Assembly: GCA_032718475.1 (NCBI GenBank)
Contig: JAUCBJ010002615.1
Span: 15,079-79,078, forward strand
Length of the DNA stretch: 64,000 nucleotides
Reading direction: 5' to 3'
DNA from: Nemertoderma westbladi
Lineage: Eukaryota; Animalia; Xenacoelomorpha
This document shows, piece after piece, positions 28,701 to 43,700 of this stretch. Both the position numbers and the translations under genes were made by a program. The notes under the pieces are model-generated. The model worked only from the letters and a program-made list of their open reading frames with translations. It was not told the origin of the DNA and made no database searches. Each line of letters starts with the position of its first letter. Position 1 is the first letter of the stretch.

Positions 28701-31700
28701 GGATCATTGTAAACCGGCGACCAGTTTGGGAACATTGTAAACCAGCGACCAGTTTGGGAACATTGTAAACCAGCGACCAGTTTGGGAACATTGTAAACCA
28801 TCGACCAGTTTGGGAATATTGTAAACCAGTGAGCAGTTTGGGAACATTGTAAACCAGCCACCAGTTTGGGAACATTGTAAACCAGCCACCAGTTTGGGAA
28901 CATTGTAAACCAGCGACCAGTTTGGGAACATTGTAAACCAGCGACCAGTTTGGGAACATTGTAAACCATCGGCCAGTTTGGGAACATTGTAAACCAGCGA
29001 CCAGTTTGGGAAAATTGTAAACCAGCCACCAGTTTGGGAACATTGTAAACCAGCCACCAGTTTGGGATCATTGCAAACCAGCGACTAGTTTGGGATCATT
29101 GTAAACCGGCGACCAGTTTTGGAACATTGTAAACCAGCGACCAGTTTGGGAACATTGTAAACCAGCGACCAGTTTGGGAACATTGTAAACCATCGACCAG
29201 TTTGGGAATATTGTAAACCAGTGAGCAGTTTGGGAACATTGTAAACCAGCCACCAGTTTGGGAACATTGTAAACCAGCCACCAGTTTGGGAACATTGTAA
29301 ACCAGCGACCAGTTTGGGAACATTGTAAACCAGCGACCAGTTTGGGAACATTGTAAACCATGGGCCAGTTTGGGAACATTGTAAACCAGCGACCAGTTTG
29401 GGAAAATTGTAAACCAGCCACCAGTTTGGGAACATTGTAAACCAGCCACCAATTTGGGAACATTGTAAACCAGCGACCAGTTTGGGAACATTGTAAACCA
29501 GCGACCAGTTTGGGAACATTGTAAACTAGAGACCAGTTTGGGAACATTGTAAACCAGCGACCAGTTTGGGATCATTGTAAACCGGCGACCAGTTTTGGAA
29601 CATTGTAAACCAGCGACCAGTTTGGGAACATTGTAAACCAGCAACCAGTTTGGGAATATTGTAAACCAGTGACCAGTTTGGGAACATTGTAAACCAGCGA
29701 CTAGTTTGGGATCATTGTAAACCGGTGACCAGTTTGGGAACATTGTAGGACTAACTAGCGACCAGTTTAGGAACATTGTAAACCAGTGACCAGTTTGGGA
29801 ACATTGTAGGAACTGGCGACTAGTTTGGGAACATTGTAAACCACCGACCAGTTTGGGAACATTGTAAACCAGCGACCAGTTTGGGAATATTGTAAACCAG
29901 TGACCAGTTTGGGAACATTGTAAACCAGCGACCAGTTTGGGAATATTGTAAACCAGTGACCAGTTTGGGAATATTGTAAACCAGTGACCAGTTTGGGAAC
30001 ATTGTAAACCAGCGACCAGTTTGGGATCATTGTAAACCGGCGACCAGTTTGGGAACATTGTAAACCAGCGACCAGTTTGGGAACATTGTAAACCAGCGAC
30101 CAGTTTGGGAACATTGTAAAACAGCGACTAGTTTGGGATCATTGTAAACCGGCGACCAGTTTGGGAACATTGTAAACCAGCCACCAATTTGGGAACATTG
30201 TAAACCAGCGACCAGTTTGGGAACATTGTAAACCAGCGACCAGTTTGGGAATATTGTAAACCAGCGACCAGTTTGGGAACATTGTAAACCAGCGACCAGT
30301 TTGGGAATATTGTAAACCAGTGACCAGTTTTGGAACATTGTAAACCAGCGACCAGTTTGGGAATATTGTAAACCAGCGACCAGTTTGGGAACATTGTAAA
30401 CCAGCGACCAGTTTGGGAATATTGTAAACCAGTGACCAGTTTTGGAACATTGTAAACCAGCGACTAGTTTGGGATCATTGTAAACCGGCGACCAGTTTGG
30501 GAACATTGTAAACCAGCGACCAGTTTGGGAATATTGCAAACCAGTGACCAGTTTGGGAACATTGTAAACCAGCGACCAGTTTGGGAATATTGCAAACCAG
30601 TGACCAGTTTGGGAACATTGTAAACCAGCGACTAGTTTGGGATCATTGTAAACCAGCGACTAGTTTGGGATCATTGTAAACCAGCCACCAATTTGGGAAC
30701 ATTGTAAACCAGCGACCAGTTTGGGAACATTGTAAACCAGCCACCAATTTGGGAACATTGTAAACCAGCGACCAGTTTGGGAACATTGTAAACCAGCCAC
30801 CAATTTGGGAACATTGTAAACCAGCGACCAGTTTGGGAACATTGTAAACCAGCGACCAGTTTGGGAACATTGTAAACCGGCGACCAGTTTGGAAACATTG
30901 TAAACCAGAGACCAGTTTGGGAACATTGTAAACCGGCGACCAGTTTGGGAACATTGTAAACCAGCGACCAGTTTGGGAACATTGTAAACTAGAGACCAGT
31001 TTGGGATCATTGTAAACCGGCGACCAGTTTGGGAACATTGTAAACCAGCCACCAATTTGGGAACATTGTAAACCAGCGACCAGTTTGGGAACATTGTAAA
31101 CCAGCCACCAATTTGGGAACATTGTAAACCAGCGACCAGTTTGGGAACATTGTAAACCAGCGACCAGTTTGGGAACATTGTAAACTAGAGACCAGTTTGG
31201 GAACATTGTAAACCAGCGACCAGTTTGGGATCATTGCAAACCAGCGACTAGTTTGGGATCATTGTAAACCGGCGACCAGTTTGGGAACATTGTAAACCAG
31301 CGACTAGTTTGGGATCATTGTAAACCGGCGACCAGTTTTGGAACATTGTAAACCAGCGACCAGTTTGGGAATATTGTAAACCAGCGACCAGTTTGGGAAC
31401 ATTGTAAACCATCGGCCAGTTTGGGAACATTGTAAACCAGCGACCAGTTTGGGAAAATTGTAAACGAGCCACCAGTTTGGGAACATTGTAAACCAGCCAC
31501 CAATTTGGGAACATTGTAAACCAGCGACCAGTTTGGGAACATTGTAAACCAGCGACCAGTTTGGGAACATTGTAAACTAGAGACCAGTTTGGGAACATTG
31601 TAAACCAGCGACCAGTTTGGGATCATTGCAAACCAGCGACTAGTTTGGGATCATTGTAAACCGGCGACCAGTTTTGGAACATTGTAAACCAGCGACCAGT

Positions 31701-34700
31701 TTGGGAACATTGTAAACCAGCGACCAGTTTGGGAACATTGTAAACCATCGACCAGTTTGGGAATATTGTAAACCAGTGAGCAGTTTGGGAACATTGTAAA
31801 CCAGCCACCAGTTTGGGAACATTGTAAACCAGCCACCAGTTTGGGAACATTGTAAACCAGCGACCAGTTTGGGAACATTGTAAACCAGCGACCAGTTTGG
31901 GAACATTGTAAACCATGGGCCAGTTTGGGAACATTGTAAACCAGCGACCAGTTTGGGAAAATTGTAAACCAGCCACCAGTTTGGGAACATTGTAAACCAG
32001 CCACCAATTTGGGAACATTGTAAACCAGCGACCAGTTTGGGAACATAGTAAACCAGCGACCAGTTTGGGAACATTGTAAACTAGAGACCAGTTTGGGAAC
32101 ATTGTAAACCAGCGACCAGTTTGGGATCATTGTAAACCGGCGACCAGTTTTGGAACATTGTAAACCAGCGACCAGTTTGGGAACATTGTAAACCAGCGAC
32201 CAGTTTGGGAATATTGTAAACCAGTGACCAGTTTGGGAACATTGTAAACCAGCGACTAGTTTGGGAATATTATAAACCGGCGACCAGTTTGGGAACATTG
32301 TAAACCGGCGACCAGTTTGGGAACATTGTAAACCAGCGACCAGTTTGGGAATATTGTAGGAACTGGCGACCAGTTTGGGAACATTGTAAACCAGCCACCA
32401 GTTTGGGAACATTGTGAACCAGCCACCAGTTTGGGAACATTGTAAACCAACGACCAGTTTGGGAACATTGTAAACCAGCGACCAGTTTGGGAACATTGTA
32501 AACCTGCGACCAGTTTGGGAACATTGTAAACCAGCGACCAGTTTGGGAACATTGTAGGAACTGGCGACCAGTTTGGGAACATTGTTAATCAGCGACCAGT
32601 TTAGGAACATTGTAAACCAGCGACCAGTTTGGGAACATTGTAAACCAGCGACCAGTTTGGGAACATTGTAAACCAGCGACCAGTTTGGGAACATTGTAAA
32701 CCAGCGACCAGTTTGGGAACATTGTAGGAACTGGCGACCAGTTTGGGAACATTGTTAATCAGCGACCAGTTTAGGAACATTGTAAACCAGCGACCAGTTT
32801 GGGAACATTGTAAACCAGCGACCAGTTTGGGAACATTGTAAACCAGCGACCAGTTTGGGAACATTGTAAACCAGCGACCAGTTTGGGAACATTGTAGGAA
32901 CTGGCGACCAGTTTGGGAACATTGTTAATCAGCGACCAGTTTAGGAACATTGTAAACCAGCGACCAGTTTGGGAACATTGTAAACCAGCGACCAGTTTGG
33001 GAACATTGTTGGAACTGGCGACTAGTTTGGGAACATTGTAAACCAGCCACCAGTTTGGAAACATTGTAAACCAGCCACCAGTTTGGAAACATTGTAAACA
33101 AGCCACCAGTTTGGGAACACTGTAAACCAGCGACCAGTTTGGGAACATTGTAAACCAGCGACCAGTTAGGGAACATTGTAAACCAGCGACCAGTTTGGGA
33201 ACATTGTAGGAACTGGCGACCAGTTTGGGAACATTGTAAACCAGCTACCAGTTTGGGAACATTGTAAACCAGCCACCAGTTTGGGAACATTGTAAACCAG
33301 CGACCAGTTTGGGAACATTGTAAACCAGCGACCAGTTTGGGAACATTGTAAACCAGCGACCAGTTTAGGAACATTGTAAACCATCGACCTAAGAAGGGAT
33401 CTAGGGGTCTTAGTACAAACAGTATAATAACAAACACCTCGAAAAATACAGCTTGCCAACACATTGTTACTATCAATAATCAAACCATCGACCAGTTTGG
33501 GAATATTGTAAACCAGTGACCAGTTTGGGAACATTGTAAACCAGCCACCAGTTTGAGAACATTGTAAACCAGCCACCAGTTTGGAAACATTCTAAACCAG
33601 CCACCAGTTTGGGAACATTGTAAACCAGCGACCAGTTTGGGAACATTGTAAACCAGCCACCAGTTTGGGAATATTGTAAACCAGCGACCAGTTTGGGAAC
33701 ATTGTAAACCAGCGACCAGTTTGGGAACATTGTAAACCAGCGACCAGTTTGGGAACATTGTAGGAACTGGCGACCAGTTTGGGAACATTGTAAACCAGCC
33801 ACCAGTTTGGGAACATTGTAAACCAGCCACCAGTTTGGGAACATTGTAAACCAACGACCAGTTTGGGAACATTGTAAACCAGCGACCAGTTTGGGAACAT
33901 TGTAAACCAGCGACCAGTTTGGGAACATTGTAAACCAGCGACCAGTTTGGGAACATTGTAAACCATCGACCAGTTTGGGAATATTGTAAACCAGTGAGCA
34001 GTTTGGGAACATTGTAAACCAGCCACCAGTTTGGGAACATTGTAAACCAGCCACCAGTTTGGGAACATTGTAAACCAGCGACCAGTTTGGGAACATTGTA
34101 AACCAGCGACCAGTTTGGGAACATTGTAAACTATCGGCCAGTTTGGGAACATTGTAAACCAGCGACCAGTTTGGGAAAATTGTAAACCAGCCACCAGTTT
34201 GGGAACATTGTAAACCAGCCACCAATTTGGGAACATTGTAAACCAGCGACCAGTTTGGGAACATTGTAAACCAGCGACCAGTTTGGGAACATTGTAAACT
34301 AGAGACCAGTTTGGGAACATTGTAAACCAGCGACCAGTTTGGGATCATTGCAAACCAGCGACTAGTTTGGGATCATTGTAAACCGGCGACCAGTTTTGGA
34401 ACATTGTAAACCAGCGACCAGTTTGGGAACATTGTAAACCAGCGACCAGTTTGGGAACATTGTAAACCATCGACCAGTTTGGGAATATTGTAAACCAGTG
34501 AGCAGTTTGGGAACATTGTAAACCAGCCACCAGTTTGGGAACATTGTAAACCAGCCACCAGTTTGGGAACATTGTAAACCAGCGACCAGTTTGGGAACAT
34601 TGTAAACCAGCGACCAGTTTGAGAACATTGTAAACCATCGGCCAGTTTGGGAACATTGTAAACCAGCGACCAGTTTGGGAAAATTGTAAACCAGCCACCA

Positions 34701-37700
34701 GTTTGGGAACATTGTAAACCAGCCACCAGTTTGGGATCATTGCAAACCAGCGACTAGTTTGGGATCATTGTAAACCGGCGACCAGTTTTGGAACATTGTA
34801 AACCAGCGACCAGTTTGGGAACATTGTAAACCAGCGACCAGTTTGGGAACATTGTAAACCATCGACCAGTTTGGGAATATTGTAAACCAGTGAGCAGTTT
34901 GGGAACATTGTAAACCAGCCACCAGTTTGGGAACATTGTAAACCAGCCACCAGTTTGGGAACATTGTAAACCAGCGACCAGTTTGGGAACATTGTAAACC
35001 AGCGACCAGTTTGGGAACATTGTAAACCATGGGCCAGTTTGGGAACATTGTAAACCAGCGACCAGTTTGGGAAAATTGTAAACCAGCCACCAGTTTGGGA
35101 ACATTGTAAACCAGCCACCAATTTGGGAACATTGTAAACCAGCGACCAGTTTGGGAACATTGTAAACCAGCGACCAGTTTGGGAACATTGTAAACTAGAG
35201 ACCAGTTTGGGAACATTGTAAACCAGCGACCAGTTTGGGATCATTGTAAACCGGCTACCAGTTTTGGAACATTGTAAACCAGCGACCAGTTTGGGAACAT
35301 TGTAAACCAGCAACCAGTTTGGGAATATTGTAAACCAGTGACCAGTTTGGGAACATTGTAAACCAGCGACTAGTTTGGGATCATTGTAAACCGGTGACCA
35401 GTTTGGGAACATTGTAGGACTAACTAGCGACCAGTTTAGGAACATTGTAAACCAGTGACCAGTTTGGGAACATTGTAGGAACTGGCGACTAGTTTGGGAA
35501 CATTGTAAACCAGCGACCAGTTTGGGAACATTGTAAACCAGCGACCAGTTTGGGAATATTGTAAACCAGTGACCAGTTTGGGAACATTGTAAACCAGCGA
35601 CCAGTTTGGGAATATTGTAAACCAGTGACCAGTTTGGGAATATTGTAAACCAGTGACCAGTTTGGGAACATTGTAAACCAGCGACCAGTTTGGGATCATT
35701 GTAAACCGGCGACCAGTTTGGGAACATTGTAAACCAGCGACCAGTTTGGGAACATTGTAAACCAGCGACCAGTTTGGGAACATTGTAAAACAGCGACTAG
35801 TTTGGGATCATTGTAAACCGGCGACCAGTTTGGGAACATTGTAAACCAGCCACCAATTTGGGAACATTGTAAACCAGCGACCAGTTTGGGAACATTGTAA
35901 ACCAGCGACCAGTTTGGGAATATTGTAAACCAGCGACCAGTTTGGGAACATTGTAAACCAGCGACCAGTTTGGGAATATTGTAAACCAGTGACCAGTTTT
36001 GGAACATTGTAAACCAGCGACCAGTTTGGGAATATTGTAAACCAGCGACCAGTTTGGGAACATTGTAAACCAGCGACCAGTTTGGGAATATTGTAAACCA
36101 GTGACCAGTTTTGGAACATTGTAAACCAGCGACTAGTTTGGGATCATTGTAAACCGGCGACCAGTTTGGGAACATTGTAAACCAGCGACCAGTTTGGGAA
36201 TATTGCAAACCAGTGACCAGTTTGGGAACATTGTAAACCAGCGACCAGTTTGGGAATATTGCAAACCAGTGACCAGTTTGGGAACATTGTAAACCAGCGA
36301 CTAGTTTGGGATCATTGTAAACCAGCGACTAGTTTGGGATCATTGTAAACCAGCCACCAATTTGGGAACATTGTAAACCAGCGACCAGTTTGGGAACATT
36401 GTAAACCAGCCACCAATTTGGGAACATTGTAAACCAGCGACCAGTTTGGGAACATTGTAAACCAGCCACCAATTTGGGAACATTGTAAACCAGCGACCAG
36501 TTTGGGAACATTGTAAACCAGCGACCAGTTTGGGAACATTGTAAACCGGCGACCAGTTTGGAAACATTGTAAACCAGCGACCAGTTTGGGAACATTGTAA
36601 ACCAGCGACCAGTTTGGGAACATTGTAAAACAGCGACTAGTTTGGGATCATTGTAAACCGGCGACCAGTTTGGGAACATTGTAAACCAGCGACCAGTTTG
36701 GGAACATTGTAAACCAGCGACCAGTTTGGGAACATTGTAAACCATCGACCAGTTTGGGAATATTGTAAACCAGTGAGCAGTTTGGGAACATTGTAAACCA
36801 GCCACCAGTTTGGGAACATTGTAAACCAGCCACCAGTTTGGGAACATTGTAAACCAGCGACCAGTTTGGGAACATTGTAAACCAGCGACCAGTTTGGGAA
36901 CATTGTAAACCATCGGCCAGTTTGGGAACATTGTAAACCAGCGACCAGTTTGGGAAAATTGTAAACCAGCCACCAGTTTGGGAACATTGTAAACCAGCCA
37001 CCAGTTTGGGATCATTGCAAACCAGCGACTAGTTTGGGATCATTGTAAACCGGCGACCAGTTTTGGAACATTGTAAACCAGCGACCAGTTTGGGAACATT
37101 GTAAACCAGCGACCAGTTTGGGAACATTGTAAACCATCGACCAGTTTGGGAATATTGTAAACCAGTGAGCAGTTTGGGAACATTGTAAACCAGCCACCAG
37201 TTTGGGAACATTGTAAACCAGCCACCAGTTTGGGAACATTGTAAACCAGCGACCAGTTTGGGAACATTGTAAACCAGCGACCAGTTTGGGAACATTGTAA
37301 ACCATGGGCCAGTTTGGGAACATTGTAAACCAGCGACCAGTTTGGGAAAATTGTAAACCAGCCACCAGTTTGGGAACATTGTAAACCAGCCACCAATTTG
37401 GGAACATTGTAAACCAGCGACCAGTTTGGGAACATTGTAAACCAGCGACCAGTTTGGGAACATTGTAAACTAGAGACCAGTTTGGGAACATTGTAAACCA
37501 GCGACCAGTTTGGGATCATTGTAAACCGGCGACCAGTTTTGGAACATTGTAAACCAGCGACCAGTTTGGGAACATTGTAAACCAGCAACCAGTTTGGGAA
37601 TATTGTAAACCAGTGACCAGTTTGGGAACATTGTAAACCAGCGACTAGTTTGGGATCATTGTAAACCGGTGACCAGTTTGGGAACATTGTAGGACTAACT

Positions 37701-40700
37701 AGCGACCAGTTTAGGAACATTGTAAACCAGTGACCAGTTTGGGAACATTGTAGGAACTGGCGACTAGTTTGGGAACATTGTAAACCAGCGACCAGTTTGG
37801 GAACATTGTAAACCAGCGACCAGTTTGGGAATATTGTAAACCAGTGACCAGTTTGGGAACATTGTAAACCAGCGACCAGTTTGGGAATATTGTAAACCAG
37901 TGACCAGTTTGGGAATATTGTAAACCAGTGACCAGTTTGGGAACATTGTAAACCAGCGACCAGTTTGGGATCATTGTAAACCGGCGACCAGTTTGGGAAC
38001 ATTGTAAACCAGCGACCAGTTTGGGATCATTGTAAACCGGCGACCAGTTTGGGAACATTGTAAACCAGCCACCAATTTGGGAACATTGTAAACCAGCGAC
38101 CAGTTTGGGAACATTGTAAACCAGCGACCAGTTTGGGAACATTGTAAACCAGCGACCAGTTTGGGAACATTGTAAACCAGCGACCAGTTTGGGAATATTG
38201 TAAACCAGCGACCAGTTTGGGAACATTGTAAACCAGCGACCAGTTTGGGAATATTGTAAACCAGTGACCAGTTTTGGAACATTGTAAACCAGCGACCAGT
38301 TTGGGAATATTGTAAACCAGCGACCAGTTTGGGAACATTGTAAACCAGCGACCAGTTTGGGAATATTGTAAACCAGTGACCAGTTTTGGAACATTGTAAA
38401 CCAGCGACTAGTTTGGGATCATTGTAAACCGGCGACCAGTTTGGGAACATTGTAAACCAGCGACCAGTTTGGGAATATTGCAAACCAGTGACCAGTTTGG
38501 GAACATTGTAAACCAGCGACCAGTTTGGGAATATTGCAAACCAGTGACCAGTTTGGGAACATTGTAAACCAGCGACTAGTTTGGGATCATTGTAAACCAG
38601 CGACTAGTTTGGGATCATTGTAAACCAGCCACCAATTTGGGAACATTGTAAACCAGCGACCAGTTTGGGAACATTGTAAACCAGCCACCAATTTGGGAAC
38701 ATTGTAAACCAGCGACCAGTTTGGGAACATTGTAAACCAGCCACCAATTTGGGAACATTGTAAACCAGCGACCAGTTTGGGAACATTGTAAACCAGCGAC
38801 CAGTTTGGGAACATTGTAAACCGGCGACCAGTTTGGAAACATTGTAAACCAGAGACCAGTTTGGGAACATTGTAAACCGGCGACCAGTTTGGGAACATTG
38901 TAAACCAGCGACCAGTTTGGGAACATTGTAAACTAGAGACCAGTTTGGGATCATTGTAAACCGGCGACCAGTTTGGGAACATTGTAAACCAGCCACCAAT
39001 TTGGGAACATTGTAAACCAGCGACCAGTTTGGGAACATTGTAAACCAGCCACCAATTTGGGAACATTGTAAACCAGCGACCAGTTTGGGAACATTGTAAA
39101 CCAGCGACCAGTTTGGGAACATTGTAAACTAGAGACCAGTTTGGGAACATTGTAAACCAGCGACCAGTTTGGGATCATTGCAAACCAGCGACTAGTTTGG
39201 GATCATTGTAAACCGGCGACCAGTTTGGGAACATTGTAAACCAGCGACTAGTTTGGGATCATTGTAAACCGGCGACCAGTTTTGGAACATTGTAAACCAG
39301 CGACCAGTTTGGGAATATTGTAAACCAGCGACCAGTTTGGGAACATTGTAAACCATCGGCCAGTTTGGGAACATTGTAAACCAGCGACCAGTTTGGGAAA
39401 ATTGTAAACGAGCCACCAGTTTGGGAACATTGTAAACCAGCCACCAATTTGGGAACATTGTAAACCAGCGACCAGTTTGGGAACATTGTAAACCAGCGAC
39501 CAGTTTGGGAACATTGTAAACTAGAGACCAGTTTGGGAACATTGTAAACCAGCGACCAGTTTGGGATCATTGCAAACCAGCGACTAGTTTGGGATCATTG
39601 TAAACCGGCGACCAGTTTTGGAACATTGTAAACCAGCGACCAGTTTGGGAACATTGTAAACCAGCGACCAGTTTGGGAACATTGTAAACCATCGACCAGT
39701 TTGGGAATATTGTAAACCAGTGAGCAGTTTGGGAACATTGTAAACCAGCCACCAGTTTGGGAACATTGTAAACCAGCCACCAGTTTGGGAACATTGTAAA
39801 CCAGCGACCAGTTTGGGAACATTGTAAACCAGCGACCAGTTTGGGAACATTGTAAACCATGGGCCAGTTTGGGAACATTGTAAACCAGCGACCAGTTTGG
39901 GAAAATTGTAAACCAGCCACCAGTTTGGGAACATTGTAAACCAGCCACCAATTTGGGAACATTGTAAACCAGCGACCAGTTTGGGAACATAGTAAACCAG
40001 CGACCAGTTTGGGAACATTGTAAACTAGAGACCAGTTTGGGAACATTGTAAACCAGCGACCAGTTTGGGATCATTGTAAACCGGCGACCAGTTTTGGAAC
40101 ATTGTAAACCAGCGACCAGTTTGGGAACATTGTAAACCAGCGACCAGTTTGGGAATATTGTAAACCAGTGACCAGTTTGGGAACATTGTAAACCAGCGAC
40201 TAGTTTGGGAATATTATAAACCGGCGACCAGTTTGGGAACATTGTAAACCGGCGACCAGTTTGGGAACATTGTAAACCAGCGACCAGTTTGGGAATATTG
40301 CAAACCAGTGACCAGTTTGGGAACATTGTAAACCAGCGACCAGTTTGGGAATATTGTAAACCAGCGACCAGTTTGGGAACATTGTAAATCAGCGACCAGT
40401 ATGGGAATATTGTAAACCAGTGACCAGTTTGGGAACATTGTAAACTAGAGACCAGTTTGGGAACATTGTAAACCAGCGACCAGTTTGGGAATATTGTAAA
40501 CCGGCGACCAGTTTGGGAACATTGTAAACCAGCGACCAGTTTGGGAACATTGTAAACCAGCGACCAGTATGGGAATATTGTAAACCAGTGACCAGTTTGG
40601 GAACATTGTAAACTAGAGACCAGTTTGGGAACATTGTAAACCAGCGACCAGTTTGGGAACATTGTAAACCAGCGACCAGTTTGGGAATATTGTAAACCGG

Positions 40701-43700
40701 CGACCAGTTTGGGAACATTGTAAACCGGCGACCAGTTTGGGAACATTGTAAACCAGTGACCAGTTTGGGAACATTGTAAACCAGCGACCAGTTTGGGAAT
40801 ATTGTAAACCAGTGACCAGTTTGGGAATATTGTAAACCAGCGACCAGTTTGGGAACATTGTAAACCAGCGACCAGTTTTGGAATATTGTAAACTAGAGAC
40901 CAGTTTGGGAACATTGTAAACCGGCGACTAGTTTGGGATCATTGCAAACCAGCGACTAGTTTGGGAACATTGTAAACCAGCGACCAGTTTGGGAACATTG
41001 TAAACCAGCGACCAGTTTGGGATCATTGCAAACCAGCGACTAGTTTGGGATCATTGTAAACCGGCGACCAGTTTTGGAACATTGTAAACCAGCGACCAGT
41101 TTGGGAACATTGTAAACCAGCCACCAATTTGGGAACATTGTAAACCAGCGACCAGTTTGGGAACATTGTAAACCAGCGACCAGTTTGGGAACATTGTAAA
41201 CTAGAGACCAGTTTGGGAACATTGTAAACCAGCCACCAGTTTGGGAACATTGTAAACCAGCCACCAATTTGGGAACATTGTAAACCAGCGACCAGTTTGG
41301 GAACATTGTAAACCAGCCACCAATTTGGGAACATTGTAAACCAGCGACCAGTTTGGGAACATTGTAAACCAGCGACCAGTTTGGGAACATTGTAAACCGG
41401 CGACCAGTTTGGAAACATTGTAAACCAGAGACCAGTTTGGGAACATTGTAAACCGGCGACCAGTTTGGGAACATTGTAAACCAGCGACCAGTTTGGGAAC
41501 ATTGTAAACTAGAGACCAGTTTGGGATCATTGTAAACCGGCGACCAGTTTGGGAACATTGTAAACCAGCCACCAATTTGGGAACATTGTAAACCAGCGAC
41601 CAGTTTGGGAACATTGTAAACCAGCCACCAATTTGGGAACATTGTAAACCAGCGACCAGTTTGGGAACATTGTAAACCAGCGACCAGTTTGGGAACATTG
41701 TAAACTAGAGACCAGTTTGGGAACATTGTAAACCAGCGACCAGTTTGGGATCATTGCAAACCAGCGACTAGTTTGGGATCATTGTAAACCGGCGACCAGT
41801 TTGGGAACATTGTAAACCAGCGACTAGTTTGGGATCATTGTAAACCGGCGACCAGTTTTGGAACATTGTAAACCAGCGACCAGTTTGGGAATATTGTAAA
41901 CCAGCGACCAGTTTGGGAACATTGTAAACCATCGGCCAGTTTGGGAACATTGTAAACCAGCGACCAGTTTGGGAAAATTGTAAACCAGCCACCAGTTTGG
42001 GAACATTGTAAACCAGCCACCAATTTGGGAACATTGTAAACCAGCGACCAGTTTGGGAACATTGTAAACCAGCGACCAGTTTGGGAACATTGTAAACTAG
42101 AGACCAGTTTGGGAACATTGTAAACCAGCGACCAGTTTGGGATCATTGCAAACCAGCGACTAGTTTGGGATCATTGTAAACCGGCGACCAGTTTTGGAAC
42201 ATTGTAAACCAGCGACCAGTTTGGGAACATTGTAAACCAGCGACCAGTTTGGGAACATTGTAAACCATCGACCAGTTTGGGAATATTGTAAACCAGTGAG
42301 CAGTTTGGGAACATTGTAAACCAGCCACCAGTTTGGGAACATTGTAAACCAGCCACCAGTTTGGGAACATTGTAAACCAGCGACCAGTTTGGGAACATTG
42401 TAAACCAGCGACCAGTTTGGGAACATTGTAAACCATGGGCCAGTTTGGGAACATTGTAAACCAGCGACCAGTTTGGGAAAATTGTAAACCAGCCACCAGT
42501 TTGGGAACATTGTAAACCAGCCACCAATTTGGGAACATTGTAAACCAGCGACCAGTTTGGGAACATAGTAAACCAGCGACCAGTTTGGGAACATTGTAAA
42601 CTAGAGACCAGTTTGGGAACATTGTAAACCAGCGACCAGTTTGGGATCATTGTAAACCGGCGACCAGTTTTGGAACATTGTAAACCAGCGACCAGTTTGG
42701 GAACATTGTAAACCAGCGACCAGTTTGGGAATATTGTAAACCAGTGACCAGTTTGGGAACATTGTAAACCAGCGACTAGTTTGGGATCATTGTAAACCGG
42801 TGACCAGTTTGGGAACATTGTAGGACTAACTAGCGACCAGTTTAGGAACATTGTAAACCAGTGACCAGTTTGGGAACATTGTAGGAACTGGCGACTAGTT
42901 TGGGAACATTGTAAACCAGCGACCAGTTTGGGAACATTGTAAACCAGCGACCAGTTTGGGAATATTGTAAACCAGTGACCAGTTTGGGAACATTGTAAAC
43001 CAGCGACCAGTTTGGGAATATTGTAAACCAGTGACCAGTTTGGGAATATTGTAAACCAGTGACCAGTTTGGGAACATTGTAAACCAGCGACTAGTTTGGG
43101 ATCATTGTAAACCGGCGACCAGTTTTGGAACATTGTAAACCAGCGACCAGTTTGGGAACATTGTAAACCAGCGACTAGTTTGGGATCATTGTAAACCGGC
43201 GACCAGTTTGGGAACATTGTAGGACTAACTAGCGACCAGTTTAGGAACATTGTAAACCAGTGACCAGTTTGGGAACATTGTAAACCGGCGACCAGTTTTG
43301 GAACATTGTAGGACTAACTAGCGACCAGTTTAGGAACGTTGTAAACCAGTGACCAGTTTGGGAACATTGTAAACCGGCGACCAGTTTTGGAACATTGTAA
43401 ACCAGCGACCAGTTTGGGAATATTGTAAACCAGCGACTAGTTTGGGATCATTGTAAACCGGCGACCAGTTTGGGAACATTGTAAACCAGCGACCAGTTTG
43501 GGAATATTGCAAACCAGTGACCAGTTTGGGAACATTGTAAACCAGCGACTAGTTTGGGATCATTGTAAACCGGCGACCAGTTTGGGAACATTGTAGGACT
43601 AACTAGCGACCAGTTTAGGAACATTGTAAACCAGTGACCAGTTTGGGAACATTGTAAACCGGCGACCAGTTTTGGAACATTGTAAACCAGCGACCAGTTT

